From Callorhinchus milii (taxonomy: Eukaryota), in the NCBI RefSeq assembly GCF_018977255.1, contig NW_024704742.1, positions 78,494,001 to 78,558,000 on the forward strand: DNA of 64,000 nucleotides, written 5' to 3'. Each line of letters opens with the position of its first letter. Positions within the stretch are counted from its first letter, which is position 1. Made by a program: the position numbers and the translations under genes. The notes beneath the pieces were generated by a model. The model saw nothing but the letters and a program-made list of their open reading frames with translations. It searched no databases and was not told the origin of the DNA. Below are positions 11,001 through 25,644 of this stretch, one piece after another.

Positions 11001-12294
11001 TGTATAATTCCCTTTCTGGGGTCTTATCCCAAGATATGGGGATGGTCTTGGAACAAAGATATGGAAAAAAAGATAAAGTAGAATTAAACATTCATGTTAA
11101 TTTCAATAATTTTTTAAGATTTCCATTTTTTTGCTTGCAAATAGTTTTCGCAAATATTTATCTTTGTACTGTGTTACTAAAGGTGCTTTTGAAGAATGGT
11201 AAGTATGGTACAGCTGAATAAACAGCAAACACAAGTTACTTGTGCTCTTGGAGAATAGGAAAAAAATACTGGAGGCTTCCATCTGGAGTTGGCTTGTGCT
11301 CTGAATGTTTGCTGAAGAGAGTGAACATTTGACATGTGCAACTGCTTCAGTGAGCAATACATCAGAAGCACATCTCACAGCAGCTTTCAAATAAATGGCT
11401 TGTTAGGAGGGATAAAAATAGAGACTGAAAATGCAGGAATACAGCCCCAAAATGTTTGGAAATTGCAAATCTGCATATGAACGGGGGAGATAGAAAATGA
11501 GAGGAGTTAATGTGTCTACCGGTCTTTGAGAATAGCATTTGTCTCACAGTTTTGATTCCAAGACATAGCTCTAAGGAGATGCAAGAGGAGAGTTCCCTTG
11601 TTGGATATATCAGAGAATTCCCTGTCAGGCACTCAAATAAAACAGTGACACAATTTTGAAAGCATTTATAACACATCACCAATAGCCTTGCATTGACTAT
11701 GGGTTATCTTACTTTCAGTATTTGTTCGTAGAATAGCAGTAATAATAACCTTTCTAATGAACACCTTAAGTAACACGTGTGTAACACTTTATGAAACAAG
11801 AGACTATATTTTTGATACATATTTACTAACATCTGACTCTCTAAACCCATTGCCCATTTTTTATCCCCATTCCTACAGGGAATGGCTTGCATTATTACAA
11901 AGGCGATTTTAGGTCACTAGGCTTTAGCTGTATTTAATGTAGGATTATTGCTGGGCTAAGGGTGTGGATAATAAAAAAAAAGAAGGTTCAGATAGGTGTT
12001 ATAAGAGTTTCTATCATATTACACCTAGCTTTTTTAAAAGTGTGATCTTGATGCATAGGTTAGCTACAGATTGAGGGATATTCAGGTCTTGCAGGGTTCA
12101 TCATTTATTTCATGTTTCAGTTAAGATACCACAAACTTGAAACACACACCAAAATCATAGTTGTAACACTCTTCAAATATCCATACAGCTTTTTGTATAT
12201 TATTAACCTAATACAACAAAAATAAACATATAAAGTAAAATGTTAAATAATGTTTAAGCAGTTGATTTCTACTATTTCTCTTTTCACTGTAAGG

Positions 12295-12610
12295 CAATTA
12301 CATTTGCAGACAACACCAAGTTGGGGGCTAACACGATGTTTGGCTATATTGCCAAATCAGTTGAGTTTAGATTCTTCAGATCTCATACTCTAGCTATATA
12401 GTGCCATGATCAGGCCACTCCTTAGAGAATTGCATACAGTTCTGAGCATCACAATATAAGGGGTTGTTCAAGTCTTAAAGATAGTGTACTGGAGAACAAG
12501 AAAATTAATGTTAGAGGAATGAGCTATGAGCAATGATTAGACAAGCTTGAGCTCTTCAGTCTTGAAAGGCAACATCTTGGAGGAGACGTTATAGAGGTAT
12601 ATAAAATGTC
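12295..12610 (+). mobile_element. Old CR1-type RT fragments
   Basis: FADNTKLG and a degenerate LDKLELFSLERQHLGGDVIEVYK. Confidence 0.65.
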
Positions 12611-15600
12611 ATTATGCCTTTGGTTTCTTTATGCTTATGTATAATTTATATCTTATTTGGTTTATTGTAATATTTTTATTTTGTTTTAAAAAAATCAAAA
12701 GACTTCTTGTGTTTTTTCCTAAACTGGAAGGACAGAACATCACTGAAAAAAATAGCCTCTGATTCACTGAAATTATTCTCTAAGGGTTACTTTTCCAGCC
12801 AGTTGAGGCATGGAGCTCTAACGCTTGGCGCTAGTCACATTAAAGATCTGGTCGCTTCAATTATTTCTGCATGTTAGCTCCTCTGTGATGCTTGAATCAT
12901 GATTCTATATCCACAAAATACTTTTTGCGCAACAAGCACATTGAGGATGATTCACTATGAATTGCAGGGAAAACATTTTCTAAGCAAAGTGCATCAGCAG
13001 GAAAACAATTGATAGCTTCCCTACATGCACAATATTCCACTAACAATCTCTGCCTAAAGCATTTGCAGCCTTTACTCATGCAACACCAGCAGATTGGTAA
13101 AGCTTCACGTGGATATAGTGCTGGGAGCCATGTGTTCCTGTTAATTAACAGCAAGGAAAAAGTAAAGTAATATTGAAATATTGACTCATTTCAGGGTCCT
13201 CACAATAAAATATTGACCCCGAGGTGTAGACATGTCAGAATGTTGTCATTTATTTCACTGGCACAAATTCAGGATAAAATGTTTTATCTGACACTTGTTT
13301 TGGTTTACAATTATTTTTATTATAATCATTCAACATACAAAGAGTAATGAGGAACAATAATCAAATGAACATTTAGAACCTCGTGAACTGGCCATAATTA
13401 TAACAATAAAACCTTGTTGCCGAGGAGACCAGGGAAAACATTTGTTATGAATTATTTATACTTTAAGTATCTTACTGAAGAAGACAGGCCCTTATCTGTT
13501 TATTTTTGGTAGTAAAAAGGATCCTGGACAGGTTCTCCCAGGTCTTGATCTGCACTTAGTAGGTCTACCACTCCTCTTGAGGCAATGTGTGAGGTCATGT
13601 ACAGTTGGAGGAATGGAATCCATATAGTGCACTATAAATCTCAATGGGTTACATACTGCAGACACCTTCTAGTCCCAAGTAGCAATATCTATGCAAGACT
13701 CCATTATCATGCAGATGGGTGAGGAAGATGAAGTTTTGATGTCATAGGCACATATTCCCTTGACCGAGCAACCGCAGGATTCCAAATGTGCAAACTTTTT
13801 TACAAATTCTGCAAATGACGTCTCATTGTTTAACCAAACTTGGGAGTTTAGATTACTCTGCTCAGAGTGCTATGATAATTCATTCCCAACCTCTGCCAAT
13901 ACAATCCTCTTTATCTTTTGCCAATACATTTACAGAATCACCATTCAAGTACAGTGTGTCTGGACCAATACATTTTAAACATTAATTGCATTTTTGTATT
14001 TTTTTTCAAATAGCACCATTTCCTGATCTCTTGCCAGGAATGACATCAGCTGAAAGTCTGTTGTTGGCAGCAGGAACCTGCCAAAGCTCTGTGGTATCCA
14101 GATATGTTGCACAGGGGAGATGTACTCTCACCACGTAGGGCAAATCTCTTTATTCCATGACCAATTGCATTAATATTTCAAGGAGCTCATTGGAGAAATG
14201 GCTTTTGCGGATTTGTCTACTGCATTGCAATTCACACATCCCATGGCTCCACAGCTGTATCAGCCCAGTGTGTGTACTTAAAGATTATTATTGGATTATA
14301 AAGATTGCTGCAGCGTACTAAATTAGGTTTGTTGCTGCTGCTGCCTCATTTAATGCTTCAGATTTGGAAACAAGAGTGAATTTGCTGCTACAACAAACAA
14401 CTAAATTGGTGCTGTGCCTGAGTTTCTGAATAAATGGCCAGTGGGATTTTATCTGGGGCAATTTCTAGTAGGGTTCTTAAGTAAAGAAACTGCAAGTACA
14501 TTATACAGATTTGTGAAAACTCCTTTCTGCTGCAATCTACTGTTAGAGAAAGTTCACATGGATTGGCATGATATACTTCAATTTTCAATTAAGGAATCCC
14601 ATTAGAAATTACTGCTTATTAGACCCCACAAAGCCATAGAAATTTACAGAAGAAGGCCATTTGGCCCATCACCTTTGTGCTGTGCTCGCCTACAAAATGC
14701 ATAGTTTCTACACATTATAGTGAATCCTGTGAAGTGCTTTGAGATGTCCTCTCACTGTGAAAGGAACTAAAGCAAATGGAAGGAATACTATTATGTTATT
14801 ATGTACAATAATATGGTTTACCAATATTTTTAACGGCAACACCCCCAATTGTGATGCATTTGTTTGGTTTTTACATTCGGTAATTTAGTCTGCTTATATT
14901 TTTCACATTTGTAAATTTATACATTTCTAAAATACAAACTAAAATTAAACTCTTTGGGAATTGAATCGTCTCGGTGCGGTCCCTTCTCCACTTTGTTTCC
15001 TGGCCATAATGTGACTTGTCTGTCAATCCAATCGAAACAGCTTTTCTAGTCAGTTCAGATGAAAGTTAACATCCAAAATGTTAACCTTTCTCTTTGTCAG
15101 ATTCCGATCTACTACTGTGCATTTCCAACATTTTCTGCTTTAATATGAGTTTTTCATGATTTACTTTTATATTTTTATATTTCGCTATTTGGGTTATCTC
15201 AGTTCTGAAGAGTGGAAGAATCAGGTTTAGGCATTTATGGGAGAGATGTGTTTACAGCATAGGCTGACACTCCAATGCAGTGCTGGGGGTGTTAAACAAT
15301 AATCCAAGACTTTGTCTGCCTATTCAGATAGTCATTTAACATCCTATGGCACACTTTGAAAAGAGAAGGGAGTTTCTCCTGGTGTCTGTTTCTCCTGGCC
15401 AACAATCCCCCAAATAAAATTGGTCCATTCACTCCATGGCCATTGTGGGACATTGAGGTGCACATATTGGCAAACACTTTCGCCCACAAAATACAAACAA
15501 TCACATCAATTTACAGTATATTCTGTAAAACACTTTGAGACAACTCAACGGCATGATAAGGCGTTGTATTAAATACAAGGATTATGATTATAGTATTATT

Positions 15601-16799
15601 TAATTCGATTAAATAATAATTATTAGATTATTGGGTAAATGGATTAGCTCGTTCACACTGGGCTGTGAACAAAAGAATTATGGTCTGCTGTTTTCCCTCC
15701 TTTAGGTTTTATAAAAATTGATATCTGAAAAATCCAGAATTGTTACATCTTGCCCCAAGTACATTATAATACAGCAATAATCCTTACATTTGTTATCATG
15801 CCTTTGAATCGCGAGGACATGCCACATGCTTCTTAGGATATACAGTGAGGTAAAGTGGTGCAGTGACTGTGTGTATTTCATGGGTGCACATGAAGAGCAA
15901 TAAAGGAGTTATATTTAAAGTAAGGAGGATGAAAATAACGACATATGGTAAAGGAATACTCACTCTGAAATCCTTACCTTGTCATTGGGCTGAGAAGATT
16001 CCCCATGTGTTAAACATGGCCCAAGGGAAGCCTCCAATGTTTTCAATTAACCAGTTGCGAGGATATCAAGATTAGATAGAATTTAATATTATTTCAATTA
16101 AAGTGGGCCAAAAACATGTGGCATTTAAATATTTTTTGTATTAATTTGGTCATTAGGTGTGGAACTTTCTGAAGGAAGTAATAAATTATTCCTATTTTTA
16201 GCTTTGAGGTCAGGATATATATATACCTCATTGGGTAGAATATAGTAGGTGTTTACTGAGGGTACAATTCCTACAAAATACACACAGTCACATCACTTTA
16301 TGGTATACCCTGTGAAGCACTTTTAGATGTCTCAACAGGCACTACATCAATTGAAATGATTATTATTATTATCAGGAAGTAATAGACAGAATTCTTCTAA
16401 GAGGAGGCAGCAATGGACCAACAAAATACATTAATAGGACTGAGAGTGCACACGGGGCTAGCATTCCCACCAATACAAATAGCCTGACACTGAGAGCTCA
16501 ATTCAACCTTGCCTTGAATTTGAATTGTAACAAGTGTGAGAGAAATATTGTCCTTGATAATGGCTTCAGCTCTGATACCTGGGTTTGAAGATCCAGGGGT
16601 GTTATTTCACTCATTAATTAGCCATTTCAAAACAGCTTGAGGCAGCAACAAAAAAGGTTGTTGGATTACAATCACCAAATTAGTCTAGTTCAGATTGCAA
16701 AAATAAAATTCAAGATGCAGAATATAGTGTTTTACTTAGGCTACACCTATAGCAATGCATACAATTCTGGTCACTGCAACATTTCAAGAGCAACAGAAT

Positions 16800-17060
16800 A
16801 TCTCTGTTTTAGAGGAATTAGTTATAAACAGTTATTAGACAAGCTGGGACTCTTCAGTCTTGATAAGAGACACCTCAGAGGAGACCTTATTGAATTATAT
16901 AATATTTTAAATAAGTTTGCAAAAGTAAACTCAGAACAATACTTTTGGACGCAGCAAGACAGCAGAACAAGCAAACACATTTAGAGGCGAAAAGGACAAT
17001 TTCAAGAGAGAAACCAAAAAGATTGTTTTTTGAGATGATGGTATGGTGAATATTCTGCAA
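16800..17060 (+). mobile_element. Old CR1-type fragment
   Basis: ISYKQLLDKLGLFSLDKRHLRGDLIELYNIL. Confidence 0.75.
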
Positions 17061-20000
17061 GGATGAGATTAAATGAGTTGGAAGGCCTGCTTCACTGAAC
17101 CTCTCTTGTGATTCTGCAGACTGATATACATGTTTATCTCTATTCACAGCAAAACATCAAAGTTGCATAAATCTGTAAAGTCTCAATCCAATTCCAAGTA
17201 AATGTGATTCAGCGCTTTTGCTGATAATATTTTGCTGATAAAGTAGCATGAATTGTTTGTTAACTGCAGTCTTACTCAACAAAGGACACATAATGCTGTA
17301 GTATCTTGTGAAATAATTAAAATGCTGCACAATGCAATAGGATATGTTCCTCTGAGTTAGTATTTAACATATATTACTAGGGCAAGGTAGAATTTTTCCT
17401 TGTGTCTTATATGGCACCTTATGCAGTAATGCTAATTCTGAATGGTTGAAGTGAAAAATGTTTGCACTCCTAACATTGGAATCCTTTACCTTGACGTGAA
17501 CAAAAAACAGAAAGAGGAAGAAAAGATCAAATTGTATTTACATTCTATTGATTAAATGGACTGAAATATAATAAGGATTATTGAGCAGCCTCCGGATATT
17601 GAGTCAAACAATGTGGATGCCCATTATACCAAAGACAGAACATAAATGGAGCAGACAGCTGATGTGATAGTGTGATGTGAATGGAAAATGTTTCACGAAA
17701 GCTAGCATAAGAACAAGGCTGCACCACAACTGAAAAAGACAGGTCTAGAATAAAAGTGAAGTTATTTGTATTTTGAAGGCAGAGAAGGATGTGAGAATCC
17801 AGAGAATGAGTAATGATCATGTGATCTTCAAACTTTGGCTACAAGTGGATCACCCAATTAGTGTTGAGGGACCATTTTTGACATTATTAATGGGCTAGTT
17901 GCATATTATAAATCAAATAACAATAATCGAGTTCTACACATGTGGTTAGTTGTACATGTGTAGGGGGTCTCCTCAGCTCCAGCCAATGCAATTGTGACTG
18001 AGAAGTACAATTTATTTACTGATGGAAGCAAAATAATTTTTTCTGTCTATATAAAGAACATTGTACTGTTACTAACCAGATCCATATCCATTTTCCCCCA
18101 AAAAACAATTAATTGATGGCTGACCAACTAAACAGTGGTTTAGTGCAGCGTTTGAACTCAAATAGCAAAATGTCCAGCACATAATAAAAATTCGAATTAG
18201 GAGTCATAGCAACAAGCAAAGTGCCCAATTTGGAGAGTTTATGAATGCAGGATAATAAAAGTAAATATTGGGCCAGTACTGATATTCTGCCAGATAATTC
18301 ATTAGTGTGCTTCACAATACTGTATAAGATATGCACAAATAACTCTGAAAATTTGGGTAGAATGTTATTGCCATGGTAACCTTTTAATTCTTGAATCCAT
18401 ACATCGGGAAAATAGAAGTAAGCATATGCATGGACAAGTGCCAGGAAACCCAATAGAAGTTTTTTAGTAGGATTGTTGACTCATTTCCATTTCTGCTTCC
18501 ATCACAATGCTCTGTTTCAGTTGGTAAACTGCAGAATGACACACATATATATATATCCTGTTTCCCATTATAATACAGCATTCAGGAGATTCACATTGAA
18601 GCTTGCAGGTTGGAGAAGAATGATGCATTGCCGAAGCTTCCAAAACTTGTTTATGGTTAAGAACACACTGGAGCCGATGGGATTATTCTAATCTGTCGTT
18701 CAATAGGGCAAATTCATTCATATTGGCTATGTGGCATTGTGTGTAGTTTGCTAGGATTAGTAAATGTATTGGTGTGCACTTACAAATGACTGTTATGCAA
18801 TTTTTAACTATAAATAGCATTGCACTGTAAAATTAATAAATAGATAAAATTGCATGAGTTTTTTTTCCTTAATGAACAGCAGCAAAGTTAATAACCTAGC
18901 AAATGAAGCAGAATCACAATTAGGCCACATCAATGAACTTCCTACGTAGAGCAAACAGAGGAGATACCATACATATATTGTGATAAAACAGGTTGTCATG
19001 GCTGATGTGGAGGTGATTAACATTTGTCTGAAATTTTGTTGTTGTTGTTGTAGTTGAAACTGGCTCAGGCTGGGGCTGGGTGGGGATTACATTTTCTTAA
19101 TCTCTTATCGCCTATACAAGTTCCAGGTTACATAGATCTGAAAACTGGTTTCTTTCTATTTTTAGCTTAGAAATGTAAGACTGACATGTCAAGAAATCAT
19201 CAAGATTGAAATGAGTAAGAGACAAGATAAATAAATTAGTAAACTAGCCTCGTTGTCTGGAAACCTTCAGAGACAGAGTCAAAAGTAAGACCAAATCCAA
19301 TTCAATTTTATTATTATTATTATAATCTCTGCGACAAGAATCTCTCCATTGTAAAGATTGTTTCCTGTCTTTTGTCCTGATATGGCTACCCTTAAGCATT
19401 ATTTATCTGAAACACTTTGGCATTTTATATCAATTGATCCAGATCTTATTCAATGCAATCCATCCTACTTGTATTATTCATCCTAGAATTAGCATGATAT
19501 CAACCACAAATTTTATATTACAAGTTCTGCTCTCCATCAAACTATTTGTAGACAGTGAGACCAGCATGGATTCCAATACAAACTAATGTGAAATCTCACT
19601 AATCACTGCTCTTAGACTGGTGTTTGTCAATTTCACAACATCTTCTGCTCCCTATTACTAAATCAGTTTTCAATCCAATAAAATACTTGGATAATCTGTG
19701 TGTTTCTCAGATGAAGTACACTGTGTTTTTTGATCCAGTATTTATATTTCCTTGTTCTGTATACCTTTGACTGAATACACTAGGAATATTTATGTGCAGG
19801 AACACCCAAATATATTGTTTTAATAAGATGGATAGATCTTAAGACAAATGCTGTTGTGCACCAATTAATTTGCATTGCAATATCCATAATAATCCATAAA
19901 TCAAAATGTTTCTTAACATTTATCTGTATACCATAAATCAAGAAATACTCAGTCAAGTAACATTTTTATTTGGTCATCCAAAGAACTTTACCACTGGTTT

Positions 20001-20526
20001 AGAGATTTCTTCTAAAGTTCCTTGTGTTCCATGTGCTTTGAACTGAGATTCCAGGTACATTTAGCTCTCTTCCTTAGTGAGAAGGTAAATCACAATTGTG
20101 ATTTATATTTATTAACACTTGACACCACTCTCTAGCCATCTGAGCTTGGGGTGGGAGCTGAAGAAAGTGGGGAGGGGAGAAATGATTGGAAACTTGTGCA
20201 AAGAGGTGTAAGAGATTCGGATGGAGACGGCCAATACGGTGGTGTAATAATCCAAGGTTTATTAAGTAATGCAAATAGCTTAACTTATTCTTAAAACCTA
20301 TTTTTAACTTATTCTTAAAAGCATAGATACAGTAGAATTGATATTGATTCCACTGGGAAGTGCACTGACCCTCTACGACAATTCCAACTATTTCAAAGTT
20401 ACATCTTTCTTTTATGTGTTTCTAACTCTGCCTCCCCTCGTCACAGAGATAGACCCCATTCTCCGCAGGCTGCTTTGCACAGGGAGAAATATGGCCAACT
20501 TCTGGGCAGCCTCCCACAGTCTGCTT

Positions 20527-20600
20527 GTTTCTCAGCCTCGATGTAGGCAGGTGTCTGAGGCTGGTTTCTCAGCCTCGATGTAGGCAGGTGTCTGAGGCTG
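20527..20600. repeat. Perfect 37-bp tandem duplication
   Basis: GTTTCTCAGCCTCGATGTAGGCAGGTGTCTGAGGCTG twice. Confidence 0.95.
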
Positions 20601-21450
20601 CAGCCTTTCCTTTCTGTGGCCCATTGTTCTTACATCTGTGCTCAAGGACCCGATTGCTCATTATCTCAGAGAAGTGAACATCTTCCCAGGAAATGTAATC
20701 AGAAGCTAATCTCGACCCATCCAGCAAAGCTACTTTTAACCACTGCTAAGCTAGTTATTCATCAAACAAACCTTATTAAAGGATTATGGGTAGGTTACAT
20801 TCTAAACATATATAAAGATTAATTAAAAGCCTTAAAAAACATTAGACATCACAAATATACCTTATGGTGGAACATCTTGAGATGTATCATCAAAATACTT
20901 CCAAATAATTCAAATCGAAAACCAAAGTCTTAAAACAACTGCTAGGATGAAGCATATTGTGGATAAACTTCACACTTCATGTCTTTTACATTTTGAAATA
21001 GGAATTGGGGTATGTTTATTAGGCAATTATTACACTAGTCTTGGTATAGTAAGACTGGACACTTTCTGCTACTAATTAGATGCAGTGCAATAAACAGTGA
21101 TGAAGATGACTTTTACAGGAATCACATAAACAGTAAGTTTTTTTTACAGATAGTCAATCTTTGTAACGGATTCAGGACACAGATTTCCACATAAGCATGA
21201 GTCACTACTCCCTTCATCATTAATTATAGTTTCTTCTTGTCTTCTCTGCTCTGATAAAAAAAACCATGCTACTGATACATTATAGGCCTGAAATTTCACC
21301 TAGCCTTAGCCTTTAAGGCCATTTTATCTTGGAATTTAAGATGAGTTAGAATTGTGGAAAATTGTTCAATTCACTCACAATTTGAAATATGTTCCTCGGA
21401 AATTAAGACCGATATGAAGAATCTAGCATAATGCTGAGCAATCTTAAAAT

Positions 21451-21456
21451 TTTATT
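21451..21456 (-). terminator. Candidate poly(A) signal for the alpha6 gene
   Basis: First minus-strand AATAAA I found downstream of the stop (~1.0 kb); motif only. Confidence 0.35.
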
Positions 21457-22465
21457 ATACATTCAGTGTATCCAATTCCCCCCCATCCAATTTTCTCTCC
21501 ACTGACAAATGCAACTGCTCCTGGTCTGACCTTCTTTTGCTTGAATGCTGTTCCACAGATATTGGTTGCCCTTTGCTACCCCATGCAAATGATCATTACA
21601 ACACATAACAAACTTACATTCATACCGTGACTTTTACATTGGGAGGATTGACACCACTGACTGAATACTTGAGCTGAGGGTGGGAGCTGAGTGGGATGAG
21701 GAGGGGAAAGATGACCAAAAGTATGATCAATTAGATATATCTTGAATGAGGTGAGGGAGGAGCCTGTGAGACCATTCAGTCTTAAAATATATGATCAGAC
21801 AGCCTAATTGGTGTAGTGGACAGAACTGCAGCTTGCATTACTTGTGTGTGAGGCTTGGCAATGAATGTCAGCAGACCACTCAATTGTAAAGGACATTTTA
21901 GTTGGCCTTACACAGCTACCACAACACAACCAGTAGGGGTCAGGAAACTGTCCTAGTTCCCCTTCCTAACCCTGGGAAGGCCACGCTCAATTTAGCCACC
22001 GATTGCCCAGGATACTGAAATGGATTCAAACCAGCAAACTTGTGATCAGCAAGGTGCACTTTTATCTATTTCACCACTGGGGATTCTTGATTTTACATTC
22101 TAAGACCAAATAGTCTCATAGACTAAAACTAGGTAGAATTTCAGGCTCGATGTTGTTCTGGCAACAAGTATGCCAAACCTTAATAATCTTCTTATACATA
22201 GAGTGGTTGAATAATAGTTGTTTGCAAATGGATTGATTAATAGTGTCTCATAATTCTTATGGAGACATGGCAGATTCACAGGAACACCACCAACTACCTC
22301 CATTGCTTTGGAGCAGTGATGCCATGAGCCATAATATACTACTAGTTACCATCATAATGCTCCATTAGCGACTTTGAGTCACTACTAATGAATCTCATTG
22401 TGAGCCACTACTTTTTCAACTCCCATTTTCACCATCTTCAGGTATGGTAAGCAGAAGATTTTCTT

Positions 22466-22582
22466 TCAAGCCATCAAAGGCTGCAGAAACAGGCCTGCAG
22501 TTCCTAGGATACAAACCAGCACAAATACCCACAGGAATATCCTGTCAATTACCATGGCTACGTACTTCCAGTCATCTTCCAC
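22466..22582 (-). CDS. chrna6: nAChR alpha6 exon 6 ([38 protein letters not shown])
   Basis: Acceptor CTTTACAG|, phase 0, M4 helix, TGA stop; completes a 1476-nt CDS. Confidence 0.95.
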   Translation of the reverse strand: MEDDWKYVAMVIDRIFLWVFVLVCILGTAGLFLQPLMA

Positions 22583-25375
22583 CTGTAAAGCATAAACAGA
22601 GCATAGTGTTACCAATGTGAAAGCCAAGGATCTGTATTTGCATTCTTTATTGCTTGTTTCTATTTGCACTGCTGCTCAAGAGTTCTGCTCAATCTGAATC
22701 CCTAAATCCCTTTGTTTCTCTATCTCTTTTAACCACACTCGGCTATTGCCAGCTTCTTTATTCTTTGTACTGAAGTGAATAATTTCCCATTGCTCTGTAT
22801 TAAACTTCATCTGCTCTATCTGCCCAGTACAATCCTGCTTAATTTTTCATTTTAAACACAGGTACTTAATATCACTGCGTGTTTAGCTTCTGAAGGAGGC
22901 TTGCTTGTGGTTTGGAATATGCAGTAAATGGCTTGGAGCAAGAAAGTCGTGCAGAAACAAATACCGAACTCAAAGCAAAGACATTATAATTCAGTGATTA
23001 CTTTTGTGTGTGTGTACCAAGAAAAGCAATTCCTCTATTGTTGTTAAATGTAATCAGTGTAAGCTTGTAACTTTCCCATTAATAGTTTGTGCAGTTCCGC
23101 CAAGTAACTTTACCAACCAGAAGAAAATCGTAAGGTCTCATCCCTACCATCAAGCTGCTTTTTAAATTGATCTTCCCTGATAACTTGTTCCAGTTGTTAA
23201 TTAATAATAATAAAATCCTTGCATTTGATATAGCGCCTTATCACATCATTGAGACATCTCAAAGGGCTTTACAGTGTGTAAAGTGTGTAAATATATTGTA
23301 AAGACTGTAGTTTACTCTCTGCGTGAAGAAAAACTTCTTGGTATGTCTCTTGGCACTGCCTTTCACAATCTAAACCTATGTCCACTTGCTATAATCCTAA
23401 AATATTGATTTGAATCAGAGATTTTTGGTAATCAAAGATTGACTCTCACAATACTAAAAGCAACATTGGATGTGACATCAGTCACATCTGCTGAGTGCTT
23501 GTATCACATGGTGCTGCTTAATGATGACACGACAGACATGAAACAAACCAGCTACAGCCAGTGGTCTTTATAAGAACATAAATGCTATAAATAATACTGA
23601 ACAGCTGTCACTGAGTTGAAGGGGTAAATTAAAGACCATAAAGTACAAGAGGTTTCCTCTCACTGTTTATGGCATGACCTTAATCCCTCAGTGGGATTTT
23701 AATTTACCACTGATAAACATCCAGCATCTTCTGTGTATCATACAACCAGAATTTCACCAAACATTTGAATTTTTCAGAACCAGGAATTAAGACAGAATAA
23801 AATTACTTGCACTGATCCATTTACATTGCTGTGATTAACTGCAAGGACCACTGCCGCATAATGTTCCTGTTTAACAGTTGCTTTCTCATTTGCTGTTCTG
23901 CATGCCCAACTCTAACACACTGAAATCCGAGTGGAATAAAACGAGCACTCAAAAATAGTTTACTGAATCTTGACAGAAGGAATGCAGATTGGGAATTCTC
24001 CCTGCTATATGTTACACAGGGTGAAAAATACAACCTTCAATGTGATTGAATGTCATGTCACCTGTGCCAAATATCATAATTTTCATCCTTTTATTCCCAG
24101 TCAACAAGTGAATAGAATTTATATGCAGCACCCTGACTGTGTTCAATCAAACTTAATTATAAACTTGGTAAGAAACAGCTTGAAAGGGTTATCAGGAAGG
24201 ACGGTATGCTGAACTTGTTTAAGAAACAGCATGATGCTGTAATGGAAAGACAGTAGGTGGGTGTTTGGAAGTATGAGACCAAATGGGCCAAAAGACCTTC
24301 TTCATCTGTACCATTCTTGTGAACAGAAAGTAAAGCAGGGTAATGTAATGAGAATAACCAGTTTTTTCAGTGCAATGAGAAAATATGTTTTTTTGTTACT
24401 AGAATTATCTCCTTCTCAAGATGCTTAGTCATTTCATCCTTCATTATAGACTGCAATACATTATCTATCACAGATGGTAATATAACTGGTTGTTGTTTTT
24501 TTAATTATCTCTATCTCATTTTTAGAAAGATGTTATTCTAATTGAATGGAATAGATCATTCGGGAGACGATATTTGGAATTAATATGTTTTGGCAGCCTT
24601 CCTCCGAAAGGACATTTTATTACTGGGGGGATTTCAGAGAAGAATAACAAGGTTAATTTCAGGACTGAAAGCTCTAAATTATGAGACAAAAGTTTTTAAA
24701 ATTATGAGAGGCAAAGATGAGCAGGTCAGACTGCTACACCATGCTGCACGTTCCATTCCAATACATGGGAAATTCCATGCATATGTGGGTTTGGTTTGGA
24801 TATTCTTAAGTACTGTGATGGGTTTCTGCAAGTGTCAGACATCCGTCTGACTAAAAGAAAATCAAGGGGGAATTAAAGGTTAGAATTGTTTCCATGGAAT
24901 AGTGGATATATAAAACAGACTGTCCCAAAAAAGCATGGTACAAAAAAATAAAACTTTTTAAGTATCTGCTTGATGTTATTGGGTTATTATTAGAGTATTA
25001 GTAGCAACCAAAAATGGAATAGATTGCAATGTACTATAATATTCTTAGAATATTCCACCTTTGTGAAAGATATACTCCTAAACCGTGCCTTTCTGTAGTT
25101 ACCAGATGTAAAGGGATCACTCAGCTAATATTTGCTCAGTTGTTAATAGATCACAATCTGTAATAATATTAGACATGTAAAACAACACTGGGGACAAATA
25201 TTACAAAGATTTGATTTCACTTGCACCATTTTCAAGTGACGTGTTACATTTCTACATACAACAAATCACACAATATAAATTGAAATGTACATTTGTGTTG
25301 TGTACATGACAAACGAGTCACACAGGTTTCCGAAGTGCAAGACTCGCAACCTGGGTTTAGCAAAAGATTTTGTAG

Positions 25376-25502
25376 ATATTAAAATTCTGCCAGTCACCAG
25401 ATGTGTGTCACGCTGCTCAAAAGTTATTTACTTCCAGCTGAACGGAATGGAATTCTCATAGGTCAGTGTGACACATGTTTGATTACTGGCAGAATTTAGT
25501 AT
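25376..25502. repeat. Inverted repeat, ~40-bp arms and ~48-nt spacer, in alpha6 intron 5
   Basis: AAATTCTGCCAGTCACCAGATGTGTGTCACGCTG against the reverse-complemented right arm AAATTCTGCCAGTAATCAAACATGTGTCACACTG. Confidence 0.8.
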
Positions 25503-25644
25503 TTAAGAATCCGGGTTCTGCAATTTAGACTCCATCGTCTATGTTAATCCTACAAATTGTGGATCCAAACACATTCCATTGTAATTGATACCAAAGCACT
25601 CAAGCGTCACTAAATGTCACTGTTGAGATTATTGAGACAAAGGA

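Noticed and set aside
15050..15142. Penelope-like terminal sequence or hammerhead ribozyme; also CTGATGA...GAAA near 58067
   Set aside because: The catalytic core is not intact at 15050 and stem II cannot form at 58067.
20184..20250. Plus-strand DWK motif as a possible CHRNB3 last exon
   Set aside because: It continues LVQRGVRDSDGDG, not FVAQVLDRIFLW; no M4 helix and no acceptor.
20527..20600. CRISPR-like 37-bp repeat
   Set aside because: Two adjacent copies with no spacer, in vertebrate DNA.
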